From positions 1-64,000 of the forward strand of contig JAAILG010000206.1 in NCBI GenBank assembly GCA_012026655.1: a stretch of 64,000 bases of DNA, in the 5' to 3' direction. The notes beneath the pieces are model-generated. The model ran no database searches. It saw nothing but the letters and a program-made list of their open reading frames with translations, and had not been told where the DNA came from. A program made the translations under genes and the position numbers. Positions 42,801-54,800 of the stretch are shown here, in pieces (positions within the stretch are counted from its first letter, which is position 1; every line of letters starts with the position of its first letter). Source of the stretch: Hydrolagus affinis. Taxonomy: Eukaryota.

Positions 42801-45800
42801 CCAAAAGCACATTTAAAACCGTAGGCAAAGATAATTCTTTTGAACCTCATGTCTTATATTTATCCTCAGATGTTTAAATGCAACAGGTAAAAGGCACATT
42901 GCACCATAAAATCATTAATTTTTTTTCATAGGCTTTGAAGTTTCTATGCTGAATGTTTCATGGCAATTTGCCGCAAAAATTAGCAATATAAATCAGGATT
43001 GAGTCCATGTGAATCGTCCATGTTTAGATTATGAATGTGGAAAGTATTGTATTCAAGGAGTGGTTTCAGGTCAATGTGATCAGGCGCAACAGTATAAACA
43101 TTGTACCCACAACCTGTGAATCATAGAATCATAGAATGTTACGGCACAGAAGGAGGCCATTCGGCCCATCGAGTCTGTGCCGCTCTGTGACCGAGCAAGT
43201 CACTTTCATTAACTCCAATCACCAGCTTTCTCCCCATAACCCTGCAAACCCGTCTTCCCCAGATACCTATCTAGTTCTCTCTTAAAAGCTGCTATCGAAT
43301 CGGCCCTGTCAGGCAGATCATTCCAAATTTGAACAACTCGCTGAGTAAAAAAAATTCTAACCTCCCCTCTCCTTCTTTTGGTAGATATCTTAAGACTGTG
43401 ACCACGGGTCACAGACACACCTATCAGCGGAAACAGCTTTTCCCTATCTAGCCTGTCGAAACCTTTCATGATCTTGAAGACCTCTATCAGGTCCCCGCGT
43501 AACTTTCTCTGCTCTAATGGGAAAAGTCCTAACTTCTCCAGTCTGTCCTCATAGCTAAGGTTCCCCATTCCTGGTATCATTCTCGTGAATCTCCTCTGCA
43601 CCCTTTCCAGTGCCTTAATGTCCTCCCTGAAATAAGGTGCCCAGAACTGGATGCAGTTCTCCAGTTGAGGCCTAACCAGTGTTCCACAAATTCTGAATTA
43701 GTCACCAGATGTGAAGTAGCCCAGATGTGATGTGGAATGGGAAATGTAAATCGGTTCCATGATACAAGTTGTTCCATTGTTCTAGTTTACTCCTCAATTA
43801 TAGTGCCAAGGCACGTCTCAAGCACTTTGAGGCGTCCCCCCCAACGTGAAAGACACTATATAAATATAAAAATGGATTCTACTGAATTAAACCTAAAATA
43901 AAATAAACCATGTGGTAGAATAAAGCGTTGTGTGTTTTTTTTCTCAACCAGTTAGAAAACATTCCTCTCAGAAAATATTTACAATATTAAGCCACTAATG
44001 ATCCACATCCAAGTCACTAAACATTGTACTGTAGTTTGGGCAATTTGTTGCATTAAAAAAACGCTTCTGCTTAAAACAAGTTACACTATACATAATACAG
44101 TCCCGCACCTTTCTTCTGACGCTATCATCCCCATCCTCACCCACCGTCACTAGCTTTCCATCACACAGAGGATACAGTTCAAGATCCTGGTCCTCACCTT
44201 CAAAGCCCTCCATGGCCCTGTTCCTCTCTACTTTTGCCTGCTCCCTCTGCTCAGTGGGCTCTGGCCTGCTTCACGCCCCACATCATTGGTGGGTGAGCCT
44301 TCAACTATCCTGTTCCTATTCTCTGGAATTCAATCCTATAGTCCCTCTGCCTCAGCCCCTCCCTTGACTCCTTCAAGACTCATCTCAAGACCCTCCTCTT
44401 CGACTCCACCCTCTGTCCTCCCCGACCCCCAGCTTGGGTCCAAAACGCTGACTGTCCAGTGCCTTGGAACATCTTCCCAACGTGAAAGGGGCTATACAAT
44501 TACAATTTTGTTGTTGTATTTCAACCTTAAGCCTGACCAAATGGCTTTGCTTGATTGAAAACACAGTCAGTCTTCACAGGGAAACACATACAAAGTGGAT
44601 TTTTTAAATAGTCAATAACCTACCGGTTCGCTTTGCTTGCCAATAATCCCCATGTCCCCTTGTTCTCCCTGTTTTATCAGAATAAGGAAGTATTGTTACT
44701 ATCCCATTTAAGGATTTGGACATCACAAACATTTATGTTTTCCATCAGTAGATTAGCATTGGTTAGATCACCAATGTATAGATAATGTTATTAGACACTA
44801 CTTTGCAGAAATCAGTGAATTTCTCTGAAAGAAGGGATTTGTTACCACCTTAATGCCTTCAGGTCCTGGCAGACCAGAATATCCTTTCCTGCTTTGTCTT
44901 CCCTGAAACAAAATGTTCACAGTCAAGAAAGGAAAACATTTTCAATAAACACATTTAAAAAATATATATTAGGGGAAATGTAGTGTTGCCACCGTATAAC
45001 AAAATATTTAATTTAAAAAAAATCATGTGCTAAACTTGTACTTGTAGTTATAGAACTTATCACCACAGGTAATAGGACAATCTATACCAGGTGTACAAAT
45101 CAATTGCAAAATACTGTACCAGGAAAAATATTACAATGAAGCTAAAGGATGTACTTTTCACTAGTGGGATGTTTTACCTGAAATTCACGATAGTATTAAA
45201 TAAAATCATGGGAATTCTTCATTCAAACTACAATTCAGTTTCACACTAGTACTAAATCTCCCCTGGAAATAGACAAGATGGCAATCTGCCCATTATGTGA
45301 AACAGGTACAACTAGCAATTTTGCCCAAATGTCAACAAAATGTAATAAGATAATTTTTTATGAAACATGCAAATCTTTACTCTAGCTTATTGTGACAGAT
45401 ACAATAAGCGTGTTGCAGCAAAATTGTTGGCACCAATTATGGAAACATAATTTAAAATGTAACCTTTTTTGGTTATCAGGTATTCTTTCTGGAGCAACAC
45501 GCTCATAATGGCAACAAGGAATCTCTCACATAATAATAATCCTTGCTTTTAATGCTGCGCTTTTTACGTCTTCTAGACGTCTCAAAGCGCTTCACAGAAC
45601 TTACTGTAAAGTGAATTGACTGTATATATGTGGGTGAAAATGAATATGGATAGTGAATATCTGCATAGCGGCGTGCAAACACATATAATAAATATGCAGG
45701 GAATACTTGGGAGCAATAATACACTCTGTTCCACTTTATGAGTACGGCAATATTATAGAGTGCTGATCAAGCACTTTGAAAGGGTATCTCGGATCAGGGG

Positions 45801-48800
45801 CACTATATAAGCACTAGTTGTTGTGTTATTGATGACAACTGTAAATAATACCTTGTGATGTATGATTATTAGCATTAAATGCAAAGTATTGCAATTAACA
45901 TTTTTACATTGATAGGTCAAACTTACCACTAGTCCTCGACCTCCAGGGGGTCCCAACGGCCCTTCACTACCCTGTTCAACAAAGATAAAATTACAAGCAT
46001 GTTCAAGATTGTAAGGGAATGACTGCCGACCGCCTATAATTCTGGCTACTACCAAATGTTGCAGCATTCATATGTTGTTCTGGAAAAATTCTGCACAGTG
46101 GCCATGAGGCAGGGTGAGCATTGCCTGATGGTTCCCTTGGAAAAGGAGCCCTCCAGGACAAGGGATTTGGTGAATCAATAAAGACAGCCTTCGGAGACAA
46201 GGGTCACATATGGAGTGATCAGCAGCTGGAATGGATTACTAGGATGGGTGGTTAAGGTCAGGACCCAGGACTCATTTCAGAAACAGCTTGGTGTTGTAAT
46301 AGGAAGATTATAGTTTGGGATATTCTGGATGGATGGGATCAAATGGAAGCAAAAGGCCTCCTTCATCTGTGCCTTTCTTGTAAGATCATACATCTGCAGA
46401 AAGCAGAAGATGCAACAATGGTTATAACAATTATTGAATCAATCGATGCAAAAAAATACTGCAGTCTTTTCATTCGAACTGCAATTGCTAAAGTCGAATG
46501 AAGAGGTGAATGGTTTATTTATTGCAAGAATGTGATTAATTTCTTTTAGCAACACAATGAATCACCCTAAGCGCGCACTAGCATCATTTCTACTTCAGTC
46601 TAGTTGCAGTGATTATATTGAATGAGAATGCCACACCTAGGGAATTCCTACACAGTTAAAAATCAAATTCTGGTGAATAGAATTAAGAAATTCACAATGT
46701 CATATATTGCCTGCAAGACAAGAACCACATGTTACTGAGTAATCCTTCGCTGGATGTTTCTCTCCTACCTGGGGTCCTCTTGATCCGGGTGGCCCTGGCA
46801 GGCCTCTTTCTCCAAATATTCCCTGAACACAAACAAAGGGTGAATTTAAAATAAAATAAAATCGTGCATCAAACAAAAGAAAAACAATGAAATCAGGATG
46901 CATCCAATTAGGTGAAGCGCATTGCATAGTCCTGGGACCAAATTAAAGTTTAACCTAAGGATAATTAATAACATGTACTGAAGAGGAGGAGAATTTTTTT
47001 TTAAAAAAAACTCGGTCTGCCTTACAGAGTCTTTACAAGCTACGCACTGCGATGGTATGCAAACTCTAGCAAACTCTGGTTTCCCTTAACAAACCACAAA
47101 ACAATGTGATTTTTATCAGTGCAGAGCAGATCTAGTTATGCACCCATGATACAAGAGCCTACAGAGAACGGCGCTGAATGTTGTGGATTCACAAATCAAA
47201 ATGGATTTAAATGTCTTTCAACATCAATCTACCTTCGGGCCTTCTGGGCCATTTGGACCAGGCAAGCCAATGTCTCCTGGAAAACCCTACAAAGACATGA
47301 AATAATTAAACATTTACTTTGTAATAATCTGTTAAAAATCAATAAAAAATAAGTACGTCATCCAGTGTTTATGTTCTGAATGAATTCATTCTTTCAGGCA
47401 AACAGTGCTTAACTCAAGAGTGATCACTTCACTTAATTTGGCCTTTCGACTTCAAGCATGATTACATAGTTATGTTTACACTGCAAAGATATGAGCGGCA
47501 CAAAGACATAGCATAAGCTGTGAAGATTTTCAAAGGCAATTTCTGAGTATTATTTTAACTGCCCCACCTTCATGTACAAATTGGGAGTCCGAGCATCATT
47601 GTAATGTAGTCGTCAACACAATGGATTCAAACAATGAAGTGAAAAGGGAATGGTTAGGAAAAAGTTGTATAAATCTGGAAGCATTTAAATTCTAACTCTT
47701 TTGTTTGGAATCATTTTCAATATAAAAAAAATTGTAAATTTGCATGTGGGATACAGTATACATGATAGGAAGCAATTCTCTAAAGTATGAATGGATAAAA
47801 CAGGAAGTTGTTGTCACTAGTCAGTTATTGTGCCTTGTTGGTGCCTTGGGACGTCCTCCTGACGTGAAAGGCACTCTATAAATGTAATTTTTTTGTTATT
47901 GTTGTTTCATCTTATGAATAGGTCAATGTAAATTTTCCCTTGTGATTAATTGTGGAAATATAACTGGTTATAAGTACTGTAAATGGTCAAAAATAAACAT
48001 TATTTGTTGCTGTAACAGTTTGACTAAACTAACAATGAGCAACATATTTAATTTTTCTATACTACACGTTGCTTTCACCATTGGTCAGGGCATTTTTCAA
48101 CCGGAACATTGCATTCCTGCGTTGAATATTCTTCTGGCCTTCATATCCACTCATGTGCAGTATAAGCACCAACCTGTCAGGATGCTACAAATTATCTGTT
48201 TCTGGGTTGTACTGTCTATGAACAGGCGCTCAAACTTCATAATATAATTTACCTATCATTTCTAAAAACAAACCTATTTGTGCAATAAATTCTAAACATT
48301 GTTTGTAACCATTTGTAAAGTTTTCCAAACTGTCCCTTTTCAGCAATAATTGACAAGAGAGGTGGAGTTTTGTAGCACAGGACATTGCTATGCCTGGAAA
48401 AAGCCTTGTAGCAGCCTGTTACAGGACGTTGAACATGCTCTAACAAAAGCCAGCTTCCCAGGTTCCAGGGATATATCTGTGTTTGAACCTTGCAAAACCC
48501 TTCCCCCTTTCATGGCTGTTAAGTTCTACTCTCTAACTGCTTGTCAGAGGATCTCTGGCATGCCAGACAGAGTAATTGGTTACCAATCTTCCCATTTGTT
48601 GGATTTGTTGGGCACTTAGACCTACCCAAGCAATTTCTGATCACTGCTGAACTAGCAATGTAAACAATATACAATTCCTTTTAGTCTTTAATCCCTTGGT
48701 TGCTAGAATTTCCTCCCCCTGGTATGTATGCATTATTGTTCCATGGAACCTTGCACAACGATTTACACTACAATAACCATACCATGAAATTGTAGAAAAA

Positions 48801-51800
48801 CATATTTATTTAACCCATTTCAGATGTCACACTGCACATTTTACTGAAAATAACTTTCAGCAAAGTTCAAGCAAAATCACCTTAAAATGGTTTATCAGTC
48901 TGCAGTAGTGCACAACAGCCACATGGGGGCATGTGAATATGCTGGTAAAAAGGGGTTCCATTATCCATTGCTTGGAATATTAGTTATCGATGTTGAGACG
49001 ACAATGTCAGACTAGCTTGTGAGTAATGGTTTGTGGGCATTCATTTGATGCACTCTGAGAAATTCTCACTACTTATGAGTCAATTTAGGAGGGCGTCAAT
49101 CTTCAATCTCCAGTAGATTCAAGTAAATAAGTGGTGTACCCAGTTTGGATTTGAACTACAATATACAGAAAGAGCATATAAATCTCCAAAATGCCTTCTC
49201 TATTTTCAAGGTAATTGTACAGCAAGCCACTTATTGGAACTCATTCAACCAATGGGATCTAACATGTGGTATAAATTTAGAAACAAATAGTACATCCATG
49301 TATTTCTTATTCAATATGCAAAAAATGTAAATAGACCCCACTATTTAAACTGCTTCCTTGATAAAGATTCAGTGGAAATGGGAGAACAACACTGCTTGAC
49401 AGGCAGAAATCACATGTACGTTGAGTGTGTGGTAAAATGAACTGGAAGTTTTGAGCATTTGGAGAGTCAAATGTCCTCATAACAATAGCAGTAGTTGATG
49501 CAAGAAGCTGCTGAAAGCAGATATTGTAAAACATTGTGAATGTATGCCAATAGCAACAGTACATGCACTAGAAAAATCACAGACTACATGTGTTCTTTTT
49601 CAAAGTGGAAACTTTAAATCATGATAAAGTCTACAAAGTCTTGTGGGATTAAATCCCAATTCTAGGTTTCTGGAAGTGTTGGCTTGGCTTTTTGTTGCTC
49701 ACTGGCAGGGCTCACTGGTTTGTGAAAATTTCTTCCCGAACATTTCTTCAGCGCAGATTTTCAGTAAAGGCGCACTTTTAGTTCTTTCAACAACATAAAC
49801 AAAGACATCTACTCGGGCAAGGTTCCTGCCAAATCTTTCCTGAAGACACCAGTACAGTGCCAGAAAATCCACTGTAAAAATATTGATGTATTTGCCTTCA
49901 ATGCCATCCAGGCAAACCACAGGGAACAACTGCAAAAATGCACACTGTGTGATTTGTAATGTCCCGAATGAGCAAATAGTAACTGAAGTTAGGTTCATTA
50001 TTTCAGCTATGTAGAGTGGAATTTTCCTTATATAGAAATTTGGGATAAAAAAGAAGTATCCCCAGTAGAATAAAGCAAAGGCAAACTGACTTTCAGCAGG
50101 AAACCCAGTACAATCTCTTGGCAATGGAATAAGATTTATAGCAAACATTTCTTAAAAGAGATATGTTTAATTCTGTTTCCTTCAGCTTGAAGCCAAAACG
50201 AATACTTAGGCCTCATGAATCCCACTTGCATCCCATATGTTGTGAACTTTTCTTGCAAACATATTCAAAAGTATTTTGCAACTTGAACCCTACAGGTTCT
50301 GACTTTCCTGTGCAGGTTAATGCTGGAATTGAAATGGATTAAGTGATGAATCCGACCAGGCAGGTCCACTGTAGTTCAGGCACTCACTGCTGCTGACAGC
50401 TCAGTCAACCCAGCTCATCGGCAGGACTTGGAAGGGAAGACCAGTCACTGGGGACAGAGAATCCTCCCACTCAGCTCCTGTTAAACGCTTAACAGTTAGA
50501 AAGTAAGGGTGGTCCTAGCTATACAAGCAGCGGAAAAGCCTGACAGACATTGCTATCAATGGCAAGCTGTGCAGTTTTAGCTCTTTAGACTCCAGCACTA
50601 CCTCAACACACACTCTAGGGTCCCCAAGCCTTGGCTCTTGCCAAAGTGCGCCTAATACGTTCCGGAAATTGGGTAAGCAGGTTGCGTAGGTTGGGTAAGA
50701 GGTCCCTCTCTCCAGGGAGAGAGAGTGCATTGCATTCCAACAAACTATCTCTGGAACTTCCACGTGTAGGTGGGATGTAATTAAATTCTCAGTTTGGTTT
50801 GGATTCCCTTAAGCACAGTGATGTGTTTCCACATGTGCCAGACACATCCTCCACCAAAAAATGAACAACAACTGTGAAGATGTGCGCGACTGTATGTCTG
50901 TATTGTCATATTAATAATTAAAAGTGGAATTTTGCTCAACAACTGAACCATTATTTGCTCACATGCAGCGATACAATATAACAAACTGTCTGACTCCATA
51001 TTCCATGTTCTTATTTTAATTTTAAAATAATAATAATCCTTGCATTTGATATAGCACTATTCACATCTTTTAGGTGTCTGAAAGCACTTCACAGAATATA
51101 CTGTAAAGTGAATTGACTGTACATTTGAGGGTGAAATATATAATGACTGTATATTGACAATAAAATTGGTAAAATGAGGAAAGAATCTAAATAGACTTCT
51201 GTTTCACATAAGGCTTGTATCTCGTGTTGGTGGAGGGAGCTATACAAGTGCAAGTTGTTGTTGCTCTACAGCCTGTCACTAAATCTGTGCTGGTTGCTTA
51301 AGCCAATGTGGATGGACAGTAAGTAAAAAGTAATTTAACCTCATTGATTGACTGGATAAAGTGGATGGGCTTATTCACGGTGAGGATGCTTCCACTTGGA
51401 AACTTTCAAGTGTACATCACCTAATTTCACTTTGCTTATCATTGTCTCTCTTTTTTTATCTCCTACGTTGGAATATGTAACAAGGGTGGTTGTGTTCACT
51501 TCTCCAACCCGAACAGATGCAAACATTCTGACAGTGATTTAGGTTGAACAACTTTGCTACAGTATTACCAAAAGGGCAGAGCATACACGTTGATCAACCT
51601 GTTCAGTTCTCTTATAAACCTTCTCTGTTACAAACCAAAACAAATCGTTCCTGTGAAATCCTTACCTCTGGTCCGGCAGAACCTGTCAAACCCTGCAGCC
51701 CAGAATCACCAACTTTGCCCTAAAGTCAAAGAGAAATGCCACAGGAATCAGACTACATTTAGTGATCTGATACAGAAGTTACATCTCTAATGTAGTCTGA

Positions 51801-54800
51801 AATTTGGTGATTTCAAAATAGATTTCTGCATTCAGAAATTTGGATATATGCTTCAGAGATTCTGTGATGCTAAATACCAGTCATACTTCACAAATATAAA
51901 TCAAAGGCTAACTGTGATATTTAGCTCAACTTTGTGAGGTTTGCAAGAATAACAAAATTCTTGTTTTGAGATGCAAACTTCACACACTCTCCCATTCTAG
52001 CAGTCCCTGGAAGTTTCCGGTTTAAAACTGATTGGTATATTTTAGTAATTGCATTTCCATACTATCTTAGTTGTATTCTTCCCCTGATGTTTGAAGCGAT
52101 TGTGTTGATCTGGCATTTCAAGTGAATCCATTCTTAAGTAAATGCAAGCAATTTGCCAAAGTAACTTCTCTAAATGTCAACTACTAAACAGTATATTCAT
52201 CATGACACAAACAATAAACGCATGAAACAAGCTGACGGAACATTTAACATACCAGTGGTCCTTGTTTTCCTTTAACTCCTGATGGCCCCGGTAAACCAAT
52301 TGTGCCCTTAAAAAGTGAACAAGTATACATTTGGCATAAGCAAATACTAATTATAGAGGGCTATTCATGCAAACAACCATAGTCTACCATTACCAGCAAT
52401 AACAACTCAGATTGGGAGCACAAGCAATAGCAACTGAGATTGGGACACTGTACTTTGAATTATACATTATTATCCTTAACTAAAATGTTATTAAAAGTGA
52501 TGGAGGTAGTTTAAATTTAAACAAATTAAAATAGAATAGCAGCAACTTGCATTAACTCACAATACACACATGAGATAGAATAATTGTTGCAGGCACAAAT
52601 AAAGACAATATGTAATAGGCAGATAACTTGCCAAAAATACTGTACTTCTTAATATACTTGGCTTTAAATATAAAGCAGAATACAAGAATCACAAAGGTTG
52701 AATTGTATGGGTTGGCGAGCATGCATACAGGGATTTGCTCACTCTTTAATGTGAAAATAAATTGCTATGAGCCTGGGCATGTAAAGAGCTTATGTTCTCT
52801 CTGATGTTTAGCGATTATGTTATGTAGTATGGTTACTATCAGTAATTGTGTTTGCCTGTGCAGAACCAACTTGGGATTGTTTTCTGTGATGTTTAACGAG
52901 ATTGTATTGATGTGGCATTTAAAGCGTTTGTTTTGGGCAGTCTAGGCTATATAAAGTGGTTGTGTTGCCCATTCCTATCTTTGAAAGTCCACTGCCCCAG
53001 ATGTATAGAGAACCTCTTATGTTCAAAGATTTCTGTGGGCCAGATGTTCTGCAACAGAAATTGATGCTGATGTTGTTTCCTCCTCTACTCTGCAATGGGC
53101 ACTGACTCACATTGGGATATGATTCCATAGGAAGCAGTCACCTTCCACAGCTTTATTTAAGTAGCAGATTGGAACTCAGTAGTCAACATTAGCAGGCAAT
53201 GGGATCATGCCAAGATTGTGTCACCCCGAGTGCTTTGAAAAATTGTGCTGCCAGAGTTGTATAATGTGTTTGCATAAGAGATAGAAATTATCCCAATATT
53301 TAAAGATATTCTTGTTGACCTGATATTTAAAGAGATGGTTTTGATCCTGATGCAATAATAAATCGCTCAACTTGGCTGGAAACGAGATGATTTTCCTGAT
53401 GTTTGGATGCTGTACAGCTACTTATTTTATTAAATTGCTTGTTACAATATTTCAGACTCCTGACTAAAGATGTAATGCTGTCTATTAGATTAAAGCTGTA
53501 AATAAATGTTGCTAGTTAAATAATAATCCTTTCATTTGATATGGCGCTTTTCACATCTTATCGACATCTCAAAGCGCTTCACAGAATATACTGTAAAGTG
53601 AATTGACTGTGGGTGAAACACGGCAGCCAAGTACGCACAGTAGTGTCCTACAAATAGTCGTAGATTAAAATGACCAATTTTTATTATTTTTTTTGATGGA
53701 TTATTATTAGGCAAGTGGAGTAAGGAAACTTGCCCATGGTTTCGCCCCGATCTGCCTGGATTCGAACATAGGTCTCACGCTTGTAAGGTGAGTGCTCTAA
53801 CCATTGAGCTACAGGAGTTAATTGGGTTAACTAGGCAAGCACTTTCTACTTTAGCTAGACATGTTCATGCCCGAATACAGCGGGAACAATATGGGAGCTG
53901 ATAACATGAGTGGGATTTACAATTCTTGGATTTTGTCTGCCAATCACTCTCAGCCTGGAAATGCAAGCGTACTTGTCAACCCTTAGCACTGCAATCATAT
54001 CAGCATTAGTTTCCACATAGCTGAAATGACAGGACAGGACTGCTCCAAGAGCAATAGTTTTCTTGATCTTTGATCAAGGCTCAGCAAACTTTCTCTCCTG
54101 TAATGTCAGCGTCAGCCTAGACTATCAGCTCCAGTGCAGATATCAGGCTCTCACCTGGAGTTGGAGTGCAACAGAGCTAAGATGACCAGTTATCTCCAAA
54201 TGAATTGGTTATTCACCTATGCCTTTGTGGAACCTCACTGACATAAATGGCTGTCACATTGCTTGCATTAAAGTCGCTACACTTTAGTAGTTACCTGCAA
54301 AATGTTTTGAGATGTTTTAACATCCAAAGGAGCTACAAACATTCAGGATCTCCAATTTGGTTTCACATTTGATGGACAGGACAGCCAGATTGCTCAAAGA
54401 TTCTGTGGCCTTTTCCACAGATGCTTTCTTTAAGATTACTTTGGTTCAATTTATTTATACTGCTTTTTGTCCTGCAATACACTAAAAACAAAACACCCCC
54501 TCCAAATGGATTAAATTGGACTTCAAATCTTACCCGGTCTCCTGGATATCCTCTTTCTCCAGATGCTCCCACTAGACCATCCTCACCCTAGACATCACAT
54601 TGCCATATATAGATACACAATGATCATAGCCAATTTTCACATGAACAAAACAACATTGTTTAAGCTTCACATTCCGTGTAAGAAAAAAAACACCTGTTTT
54701 AAATAGCTTGCACAAGTTGATTAGCTTTGATAGTTACCCAAAGGCAAATGGAAAATGAATGTTTCACATATTAATCACTGTTATTATCTTTGAACCTGGA

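Noticed and set aside
44544-44554. Editing-complementary sequence for the 44632 site (gctttgcttg match)
   Set aside because: The 10-bp match is a direct repeat, not inverted, so it cannot pair with the exon.
51748-51800. miR-455 paralogue (miR-455 is hosted in COL27A1; GACUACAU resembles its 5p end)
   Set aside because: Only about 8 nt match and the seed region UAUGUGCC is absent.
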